Source of the DNA: Botryllus schlosseri
Taxonomy: Eukaryota
Assembly: GCA_051294905.1 (NCBI GenBank)
Contig: CM119372.1
Location: forward strand, 21,576,001-21,640,000
Reading direction: 5' to 3'
DNA length: 64,000 bases
Made by a program: the position numbers and the translations under genes. The notes under the pieces were generated by a model. That model was not told the origin of the DNA and searched no databases. It saw nothing but the letters and a program-made list of their open reading frames with translations. Shown here one piece after another: positions 20,694 to 32,600 of this stretch; the stretch's first letter is position 1; every line of letters starts with the position of its first letter.

Positions 20694-23600
20694 CTGGTAT
20701 AATGGAACGCGTTTGTCAATCGATTTGCACGATAAGTAAACACAAAGTAAAGTCTGAGGTTGTCAAAGTGGTGATCGCTGCTACTCAAGTACAACTAGTA
20801 ATAAAATTTCCAAGTAAGAGAAAAGTAACTATTCCAGGCCTAGTTTGTAAGTAGAATAGTGAAGTAGAAGTGTAACGCCATTAATTTCTTCTCAACCATA
20901 AGTAGAAGTAGCCTATTTTCAAGAAGGGCCAAAACTACTTCAATTTGAAGTACAAAATGAAATGTACTCGAGTACGTACTCGATTTACTGGTAGAGTGGC
21001 ATGCTTTTAGCAATCAATCTACGGATTCTATTACCGAAATTGCCAAGTGCATCTTGGCGATTTCCAATATGTGGAAAAGTCGGTGTTCTAAACTAAAAAC
21101 TGTCAAGAAAAAGTAGAACTAATTCAAAACCATAACCACTCTGGTAAGCGGTGCAAGTAAGGAAAACCTATAGTCGAACATCACGAAAAAGTATCAGTAC
21201 TCCGCTACTGACCACCCAAGTAGAAAACAAACTCACCGTCGTGACGTACTGTTGAGACAAAGCTTCCGGTTGATTTTCACAGTTTTCCAAAACGTCCGGC
21301 TCGCTGTTCGACATGCAAACCGAAGACCCCTGGCCGCTGCCTGATTCTAAAAGACAAAAGCGCATCGTTTTTATCTAGCGGCCGATTTTCACCGCATTAT
21401 ATCACTTACCGTATTCCTCGCCTTCGAGGATGGCACGAAAATCGAACATGGATGATGGCTGCGGGTTGAGCTGCAGCGATCCGTTCGATGACGTAGACGA
21501 GGTGGACACGGTCGAGTGCGGACGCTTCGAACCGTGCTCGTAGGTGACGGCTATCGACGCCCGGCACCTCGAAGTGAGCACGCGGCCTGCCATCAGCCGC
21601 TCTGTGGCTACCGACCTCTCTGTTATGGGGCTCTCGCTGGAGTGGATGTCGAGATGGGGCTTGCTGCCGACGCCCATGTTAGCCATTTCGTTGCGGCGGT
21701 TGGCTGGAATAGGGATTTTTACGATTGCAAATAGAGGTCGGTACTATGATTTACGCAGACGTGGGACTTCTGATACTTTAGTACGGATACCATGCATATG
21801 TATGTACTTGACTATCGTACTTGAGTATCGTAGGTCCCGGCAGAATTTTCTGTACATTCACATCGCTCACACACGGGAAGTTTCAATGCATCAATTCGAC
21901 ATACATTTTGAACACACTTACCCTCTAGACACCATTGCTGGTTGGTAACAAAGTGCTGGTACAAAGTAGGGATGGTGTGAACGTGAGGTTCACATTCGCG
22001 TTCTGTGTGTGAACCTCGGCAATTTAGAGGTTCACGTTCACAAAAGAACCTTGGTAGGTTCTGCACTGTGAACCTTTTTCATTTTTTACTTGCTTTATTA
22101 CAAAAGTTTGCTCGAAATATTCAGCTTTCCGTTTGTAAATATTTAGTGACTCACTGCTGTGAGCTTGTCCCACAATCACACAACATCAAGAGCGAAATAG
22201 GTAATAAGCGAATGATGCTTATTCAACCAATCAATGAAATTGATATTGTTGTCTGATGTAAATATATAGCAGGTGTACGGTGTCAATCTTGATTCCATAT
22301 GTTTATTGTATCATAAAAATCAAATCAATGCGATTGGGGTGTTGGCTACTGCTGTATAACTTGTTCAAGGGGTAATATCGGTAGCCAGTACAGAAATTCG
22401 TTTTACACTCTGCTCAATATCAACGTAGCAATACTCAGACGTCGAATACATTGTCCGGTGTGGCCGAGACCGTTAAGGTGTAAGCTTTTATTCCCTTGCA
22501 AGTCCTCGTCGAAATTGTAGGCAAAACGACGGGAGATATTGATATTATGGGATTATTATATCATTTGATTGTCCCAGTTGATACATATGGCGACACTTAA
22601 AACGTCAATATGTACTTCAGCATTGTGGCATTATGTGACCCGAGTCGTCGTTAGGTATCGTGTACATTAATATAGGTCATCACTTCACAGAAATGTAAGG
22701 TTGGAATTAGCAATATGACGTCACGTGACGTCATGAGGTTCACGTTCGCGTTCACACAGAACCTTTTAAAAAGGTTCGCGTTCACACGAACCTGAACCTT
22801 TCAGAGGTTCACACCATCCCTAGTACAAAGCACAGTAGGCCACGTCCAAAAGACACCCACCTTTGTTTTTCATGGCCTGGTTCCACAAGATGCTGCGAAT
22901 GTCGTCTACCCACGCCTGCTTCTTATGCGCGCCGTTCAAGTGCAGTATGATGCTGTCCTGCATCGGACGTCGGAACCAGATCTCGAATTTCAAACCGGAG
23001 TCTCCGATGTTCTCTGTCAACCCCACTTCGACGGTCTGAACGGATGGCGCGCGTTAATGGAGAGACCGGCGTTGTATCGTAACTATATAGGTTCACAGTG
23101 GACAATTTTGTCACCAACTACCACCACATGCGAGTGTCCGAACATATATTTTGCCCATCACGTGGACAAATTTCGTAATTCTACTGCCTTTCTCATCGGG
23201 GCCAATGGAATTGAACACCGCCACTTCCAACAGTGCCTAATTAGTGCGCTACATTCCAGCTTTGCAGTTGCGCATTGCTACCAAGGGCAACTTACCTTAT
23301 AACTGGACTTGTAGTGGTAAACATCGTGGCCGCCGTGGACTTTCTGCGGCTTACAAAATAGGATGAGGTCGCTGAACAGGAAAACGTGACGGATGAACTT
23401 TCGCCGGCCTTGGAAAACCATAAATTCGTCCTGTGAAGGCAAATAAGTCATATGAAAACACCGGTTTACAAACACTACGGTACCAAAAATAGGTTCGCCG
23501 CTATCAAGTAATATCTTCCGTGCAATTACACAAATATCAGTGAACTCAATCGGGTTAATTGTACAGAGCGCAGGTGACCCGTACCAAGTGTCAGTATGCA

Positions 23601-26600
23601 TTGTTCCCAAATCGTGTTCAGTCATCCGCAAAGCGAACACAGGTTTTCTACGAGTCCGGATCGCGAATAATAACGAATGAATATTCAAGCCACCAACCTG
23701 CCGTAAAAGTTCGCCTTGTTCTTTAAGATTGACGTCACAGTTAACAATGGAGTCCATAGAAAGTAAATCGTTGCCGTGTCGAAGCTGGAACTTAACCAGA
23801 GCCTCGGCCTCCCGCAATTGGGCACGATACTGCACTTCCGAATGCTTGGCGATGTTGTGTAAAAGCAGCGCGTATTTGCCCATCCTTTGCACCTGCGACG
23901 GAGACAACGGTTCTAGTTCGAATTCCACGAGCTCGAGTTTGTTCGTAATCGACTGGACTTACCGGCTTGAGGAGATATGAGGACAGGTCCATTTTGTCTC
24001 TTAACGACAGTTGTTTCGATCGGAAAAACTTTGACCCGTGCTCCGTCATCAGTTCGTCGGAACGCGGCTTGTTTTTGCTGTACAATGCGTACATACCGAA
24101 ACTATCGCTCTGTAGACGAAAAGTAGACATTAGACAGGCATTTAACGAGGAAATTATTCAGTTTTAGTTTAAAATGGGACTCTGCAACTCCAAACAGCAA
24201 CGAAAGCAAGTCAATAATGTCTAAAATACTATAGAGTATAGATTCACTACACCGAAATCATACGAAGTGTCTATAACGATATCGCGACCAAGTTGTTACT
24301 ACGATTTATCTCCCGATTCGCTTTTCCGCGACCACTTACGTGTTGTTTGAAGACTTCCGCCACCTTGCCAGGTTGGTCGTGGCATTCGCGGAGCGCCTCC
24401 AGGAATCGGCCGGCGTGGAAGTCGCAAAGGTTCTCGATGTTGCCGAACACGACGCCGCGTTTCCCGCGCAGCGCCTGAGGTACGTCTTCGATCTGGTTCA
24501 TCAGAGGGTAGTAATGCTGCGCGGAAGAGAATCGAGGTGTTTAGAAATGGAAATGTGGAATACGAGATTGTGAACAAGTATATCTTTGCGTCCCGACAAC
24601 GTTTCTAGCGGATTAGGTCATGAAGTTGCAGTAATTTAGAATGCTCTCTAACACGTAATCAACAGGAATCCCCCTCGTGCGGCATGCTCACTGGTTTATG
24701 GCGATTTTCGTGATATATAGGATAACTCTTGTATGTTTAATGGTTTTAGCGACATCGTCAATATCAAGATCACAACCAGAAGTGGAAAATGCAGTCATCG
24801 CTGGTAAACCAGTAGTATACTGCGCCATAAATTTCTGCCCGAGTGCAAGTACAAATAGCTATGCACAAGTCAGTAAAACAGTTGGTATAATAGGCTTAGT
24901 TTTGCAAAGAGACTGAAAACAGTCAAGTAGAAGTGGATTGGAATCACAAGCATTTGAGTAAGCAGCAGTGCAAGTAGCCTACTTGAGTACTCCGAATAAG
25001 TGGAGGTATATCGTTATTGACCACCTATGATTACGACAATAATAACAGTCAATATTATACGACCGCCGACACAATTTAACCAACAAACAAGTCACATACG
25101 CCCCGCGGGGTCAAAGTTCCAGTGCCTCGCGGATTACGTTCCCACTCGCAGCCCCGGCAGGTTACCGAGAAGTTTACAAAGCAGGAAGCACTTCCCGAAA
25201 ATCCCCCAGCCATCTCCTAATCCGACGCCAATTCGCTAGTAATCCCAACAAGCAAAGACATGACGATAAAAGGAAATTCGCCCGCCGCGGAATACAAGTG
25301 AAATCAAATCCGAGCCAATAAACGAGCTAGACTTTCCCGGCCTAGCGTCGTAAATCTACCGACGTAAAAGCGCCGTAAATCGCGAACTTTCCCTGAACCG
25401 GCAATGTTTGAGCGCGGCCCGCAACGCAAACGCTAGTATGCCAGCCCAGCGTCGGCCGGCCTCGAGAGAGTTGATATACAATGCGCGCAATTGGTCGCGG
25501 AACAATCGATAGCAAACAGCCTATCCTGCAATGACGTCATAGGGTTACATGAGTAGATGACTGAACCGGGTCTCGCGTGTTTACATTGGATTTCCTCGCG
25601 GGGCGCAGGGTCGAATTTATCTTCGTCACAATTAGTTACTACTTTGCTGATGACAAAGCTATTTCGGACATGGCAGAAGCATTAATGCATAGATAGAGCA
25701 ATTTATGATCTCGAAACGCCCACACTGCAAATACATGGGTGGATAATACGTGTATTTACCATATTCCCACTATAGCATTGGGTGTAAATCTGGCCGTCGC
25801 CGCTGACTGATACTGAATCGGGCTTTTATGCCCATTTATGCCCATTGACCAATCCGTATTAAGATATATCATATAACTCAGGAGTGTAATGGCTTCTGTC
25901 GCGTACTGTCTCTTTGCGCTTTTTGAGGCAGACACAATAACAGAAGCCAGTCCACCACTGGGATATATCTTCTCAAGAATTGCTGTATTCGTCTCGTTTT
26001 CACTAATTGGACTGCGTATGAAAGCATAATATTTCACCAGAAAGTGGTGATGGTCGGTTTTACACCCTAGGCTATGTTAGAAATCTGGTATATACAATTA
26101 TTATCCACCCATGCATTAACAGAGTGTACTCCAGATATCCAACAGTCGCCAGCAGAGACGCTCATTAATACGACTAATGCGATTACTCCGCGACGCATCC
26201 CGAAAGGCTGTTTAGTTTAATCGCGCGCGAAATGAACATCAACTTCACTGACCTCGATGATGTAATTGAGCGACTTGACGTATTCCTCTTCCGTGGTGAT
26301 GAGCTCCTCGATAGCGAGACTCCATTTCCTAAACGGTGGGAACAAACAGATTAGATCTCGCAAGGGAACAACAACTTCCAGATAGCGGTCCAAATAAGAG
26401 CGTGAGGAAAGTACACAAGCTCCCAGTTACCACAGCAGCGTGATAAGCCTAATTAAAACCCGTCAAAGATACAGTCAAGCCCATAATAATGCAACTTATG
26501 TCAACGCCAGCACATATGGAAGATTGTGCCCGTGCGTTCATGTTTCATTCGGACACATTACACCGCATACTGGATTGTAAGGTGGAATAGAACGTTCAAG

Positions 26601-29600
26601 TCGGTTTCAAGCATGGGTTTCAGCAACGAAGGACGTCTACTTTGTTTGAATACTCAAGATTTAGACTATCCTTCCGTTTCTACTTGAAAGTTTCAGTTTT
26701 TTGGCGAAACTGGCTCTATCATATATACTGCAAATGGCTACTTTTACTTGTACTTGACGAAAAAACCGTGACGTTGTTTCTAATGCTACCTGCGTGCCAA
26801 CGAATTAGTCATTATCGCTATTCAAGGACAGGATTACAAGTAACGTAGTAAATTTCTACTCAACTGCAAGTATAAGTAGCTATTTGCAAACGTATGTACT
26901 TAAGGAAGTAGTGCGAGTAGACAAAACCTACTTGAATACTTCGAAAAGTAAAATTACTTCGTCAACGACCACCTCTGATTAAAACACAGTACCTATTGTA
27001 ATTGTGACATCAACGCGAAACCATATTCCGTAACCTCATAATCGCACTTCCACTTACGTTCTCCCTTTCGTGTCCGGCTGCTCCGCGCGCATGGGCGCCC
27101 CGATCTTGAGCTTCGAATGCTGCGCCGACATGCTCTGCGACTTGCGCAGCATCTTTTTCGGCCTGTGCTTCCCCGCCGCGCCGGGCGCGACCCCGTTCTC
27201 GTTCACGTCTTGCAGGGTCAGCGGGGAAACCCCGTTTTTGGCACCGCCGGCTACCGCGGCCGCGCGGTTAAGCCTGTGCGAAACGTCCGAGCTTTGACGC
27301 AGAATCGCGCGAGATTTCGGTTTGGCGGTGCCCCTGTCGCGGGCGGAGTCTTCCGTTGAACTGTTCGTGGTGGCGGGGCTTGGTCCTCGTCGGCTTTCGG
27401 CGATTCCGGAGTCTTTTTCCGAGTCCGGGCTTTGGGCGCCTTCTTTCTTACGTCGCTCGTGGACTTGCCTGTCCCGGGCCTGTATGAAAACAAATAATCT
27501 TCTCAGATGCGGTCTGTAATGAAGTACTTCTACAATCTCTTTAACACAATAACCATTTGCATACTTGCAATAGTAACTCATGTGGATGACTTTTTACACT
27601 ACTTCTGCTTTTAGTGAACAAGTTTATAGGCAAGACTGCTTACTTAATGCACTTCGGATTTTCTGAAGAAGAATTAGAAGTAGTTTTGTGTATGTTTGCG
27701 AAACTTTTATGAGTGAAATTGTCATAGGAACTGGCGAATCAGTCTCGGTATCGCAGTGACTGAATATTTTGTCGAAAATTGAACCTATTCCTGGTTTCTT
27801 CAGTCATTTCATGTAGTGTGCACAGTGGCATCTTGCCACCGGCGATAAACTGCCAGCAGTACCAGACGACTCCACAAGATCTGTTTTCTGAAATTACTTA
27901 TATAGAGTACTTATCATGTCTTCATTTTGTACTTCCACTTATAGTATAGTCTTTTGTGGTGACTTGGAAAAAGCTAAGTCTACTTGTATATAGTAGAAAT
28001 TGATAGCAGCAATTCTACTTCTACTTGAGTACAAACGATGACTAATATGACGGCGTAACTTTGGGTTCGGGGTTGATTGTTTCGTCACCGACAGACATAC
28101 AAAGATTTCGAGTCAAGTCATCAAAGCACCAACTAAGTCGGTGCCGCGATTTGCCCAAAACAAACTGATAACGTGTACGGATGATTCCACAGCAAATATC
28201 GCTCTGTTTGCGAGGTAGTGCGCTAGTTTGTACATCGTCGTTCGATCACTTTTGAAAATTCGTAATTCAAGCAGGAGATGTCACAGAGCAAATGTTACGC
28301 GATATTCCATAAGATTCGCCCGGAGCCTTAACCGATAACGTGATTGACGAGAACGCCCCCACACATACACAGCGATTGCTGCGAATACCCCGAATTTGAC
28401 CACACCGCGAGCGACTGTGATCGTAAGTCTCGTTATCGTATCTTCCAGCCTCACCTTCACAATAAGCCTCCTCCTCTGCACGAACAGGTCCCGCGTCTCC
28501 GTGCATTTCTGCTGTGCAATCTCGCACTGTCGCTGGCACTTGACGTTCTGAAAGCGGACGGCGACTCGCTGCATGCGTGCGAACTCTTCGGTCGGTATCA
28601 TGGGGTGCGACGACATGTACTCGTCGTACTTCACGATCAGATCTTCCATCTCCTCGACGCTCATCGATTCCTTCATGCTCAGCGAGGCGACGAACTTCAT
28701 GCCGGAGAGAGCCCACGAGTACGCCTGAAATCGCGGATTATTAGACGAAGATTCAAGGATGCTACATCAATGTGTAGTTGGTGTAAAATCCAATGCTAAT
28801 ACGGGCCGAAAACTATCAACGACATGGACAATGGACATATGTGATGTAGCGTAAAACCAGCAGCGGGGGCGAAGTTTTGCATCTGGTGTACGTCCGATAC
28901 GATGTGAAGATACAAGATGACATCATAATTTGTGGATGTAACGGCCCCTTTCGTCCGCCTATTGCAAGAGGCGATCAGTAATGAAGTAATTCTGCTTTTT
29001 CGCAGTACTGCGGTAGGTTTTGCCTACTTTCACCACTTACTCAAAAGATGACTCGGTACTTTTACTTACTAGTTTTCGGTTTTTTTTCCAGGATAACCAG
29101 CCGTAGGTGTGCTCTATTTTACCTATTTGGAAATGGCCACTTGTACTTAGTAGAAATTTACGATGTCACGTTAATTTCTACTCGAGTAGGCCTACCAACG
29201 ATGACTGCTTTGACCAAATCAGCCCATTACTGCGCTACTGGATACTTTGAAAGTATCAGAATTTACTTCAAAGCAAATGAAGCTAGCGATCATGTTTACG
29301 GTAACGCATGTAGTGGCTTAAAATGGCGTAACACTAATCGATGATTGGTGTCGGAGGCGCATTAGCGGGTGTAACACAACAAGTTCAATATCATAATCAT
29401 AAGACACACGTATCGCGATTCTGCAGCAACGTGGGAAAAGGTGCATGAGTTGGGGATCAAAGTAATCCAGATTATGAAATTTATACCATCTGATGCTGAT
29501 CTTGCGATACACAAGACCTATGACGTCAATGCCGAAGCGACGAGGTGCCGAAGGTGGAATTGGATATGGCATACGCGCAATAACAAATCAAGGATTCGAT

Positions 29601-32600
29601 ACGCAGGCGCATGATCACAGGCGTTGAGCAAATGAGCAATTGAGCATTCTTGTTACAGCATATATCGGGCAAATGGACTATCGGTTGCACAACATTTATT
29701 TGGCGGGTCAAATGATGAAGAGTGCTCGCAAGTTATTGGGTAACTTCCGTATATTTACATCGCCCACGCATAGGAAGATTAAGTACGTAAATCCCGTATG
29801 TTTTGCATGTATCCTAACCCGGTTCGCAAAATGGGGACAGCGGACCATGTCGGGCCCATACAGCAGTTCGAGAGGACGACCGTGAATGAGAATTTATGTA
29901 GCAATTGCGATTAAATAATGAAGCTTTCTCGCTTTATGAGTATTAAGTTAGCGAATGTGTTAAACATTATATATGTACTACCGTGCTAATTATTATACAG
30001 AACATTATTGAAAAGCTTTCGTACATCAGGCTTTAAGTCTGATTTTTGTATTTTTCCTACAGTACCCTTTAATTTTCTCGCGGAATATTTTCAAATAACT
30101 TCAAAAGGTCATCAGAAAAGTTTGGAACAGCTGTAGATCCATTGATCGCTATGAGTTGAGGATGGCGAAATGGACCGAGCGTGAAATATTAGCTGGACGC
30201 CGCAACGAGTCGATTGCTATCGGTGAGATCCATATCAGAAACACCTAGCTCTGCGGCAGTGAGCAACTGAGCATTGAGCACTTTCAGCAGTCTTTAAATT
30301 CCCGATAAGGCGCCAAAGTGTGGGAACGCGGATACCGCGTCACTACGCGAGTAGAACTGTACCTGATCAACGAATAGGAAAAGTTGCGAAGCGGTTTCCA
30401 CTTCCTCTTTCTTCATTTCCATATCTTGGACGACTTCGGAAATTTTCTTGGCGGCGTTTCTCGCCTGCGAATTGACCTGACCCAGAAATCCGGACGAGCT
30501 CAATTGATTCGCTTCGGACAGTAAACAGTCGCACTGGGCATATTGTTTCTGGAAAGAGAACGCAATCCGTTATACTCGCGTATAAAAGGATTCCAAACTA
30601 CGGACAAGCGGAACACACAGTGGATCTCGGTTTACGAAAATCTGCCGAATTGCCGACACACAGTAATACCAAAGTCCAGAATGTAAAAACGAATCAGATC
30701 ACATTAGTGCGTTGACGCATGAGCCGCAATTCACGATTAGATCATGGCGTGCTCGTGCTGACGTAAGCACATCGACGCACTGCAATTGACGATAGCGTCT
30801 TGCATGATCTATTCTGGCGTAAAATCGACTTGATGAGTTGTTGCAATCTGCAGCATTCTCGAAATACGCATCCGAAGCTATTTCACGCAGGCAAGGACTC
30901 TCTCTCTCTCTTGCTAATACCCAGAGATGGATAAAGTATAGTCCTCGTTGGGAATCGAGTACAAGTAGCAATTTCAGAGTTTGTCAAATAGTAGTAGAAA
31001 TCTAAATCTAAAACCATACCACTTGAATAAGTAGTACATGTAGGGCTGGGCACTATGATTCGAGTACTCGAGTCTGAATCGAGTATTAATTTTAATGATT
31101 CGAGTCGAGTAGTAAAAGACGATTTTTTCGAGTACTGAAGTTATATGCTCCTCTCAACAGAAAGTTAATTTACTAACGAGAATTGTAGTTTTGATACTCT
31201 TTTCCACTGAGGAAGTCTTGAAACATTGATTGGCCATGTTGCAGCATACGAGACATAGTACAAAGCTATGAACGTTACTGGAAATAACAAATTTCCGAAG
31301 TTATCATCATCCCACAACATTGTCAAGAAGTGCAATGAAATCGGTATGGTCGAAAAAATACCAAAGTATCTTTAATGTAACGGATAACGGACATTATGTT
31401 CTTTGCGGTGCTATAAAAAGTGCATATTTGAACTTTGACATAGTACATTCTGTTGTGACGTCATAAGGACTGATACTCGAATACACGACTCGACTCGAAG
31501 CGTAATACCTGATTCAGAATCGAATCACTTAGATACTCGATTTTGCCCAGCCCGAAGTACATGTAGACAAAACCTACATGAGAACTCCGAAGAAGTAGAA
31601 GTACTTCGTCACTGAGATACTGACGAAATCTGCTAATACCGAGAGCGTCCAACAAACAGCCCCAGCGGGTATCTTATTCGCTCGCTAGTGGTATTGAAGC
31701 GATAAGTATCCACCACTACCAGGGTAAAAGTCACGCATGGCCGCACGCGATTATCTTGAGCTGTGAACTTGGATCATTTCCTATCAAAGGAATTTTAATG
31801 GTCACAAGGCACAACAAACCCTAGACACGGAATATCGTCCACATTCCCTCGCTATGGGAACATACGTTACTCGCAATATACAGTTAACATACATGATTAC
31901 GGTGTTACAGTTACAAGCCGACATCAGTTAGATAGACGAGTTATTCTCTCATTGCTTGGGCACTGTGCAATTGCACACGCAACGGTAACATGATAGGAAA
32001 TCAAGTCTTATTTCTGGGGGCTTCGCAGGTGGCATTAGCAAACACATAGATCGCCTATTTGAAGCGATGAAGCCTGTACAAATGAACTGTGCTATGACAT
32101 GACGAACAAAATTGGTGTCGGAAACTCTAATTTTGTGTTTACCATGCTATTCAAGACCAAATATTTCCAGCACATCAACAAACGTACAGGTATACATTTG
32201 GCATAGTTCACATCCGCAAAAATCAAATTGCGGTCAGGTTATGCGCGGGTTGCATCTGCTCGGGCCTCATTGTGAACACCGTTTGATCAAGAAATTCAAT
32301 CGTGTAATTCAATTGATCAGGAGTTTTGTAAGCAAACAAACGGAAATAACTGATCTTCAAAGACACGCCGACAGCCTGGCGACGAAGCAATCTAGCATAA
32401 ACAATTCAATCTTTGAATAGTATACTACATGTCTCCACGTTAGAATATCGCGCCTAATAAGCAGGTCGACAGAGCGTGAATGCAGACTTCTAGCGGCAGA
32501 AGTACGTAATTAAATCATCTCATTAATTCGCGGAAATTCAAATCTTTCATATGCGAAAATACGACCAGCTGCACTATCATTTTATTGCTATTACGGGTTT

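Noticed and set aside
27070-28799. Plus-strand and alternate-frame ORFs overlapping RhoGEF exons (also 21516-21948, 23729-24573)
   Set aside because: Shadow ORFs of GC-rich coding exons.
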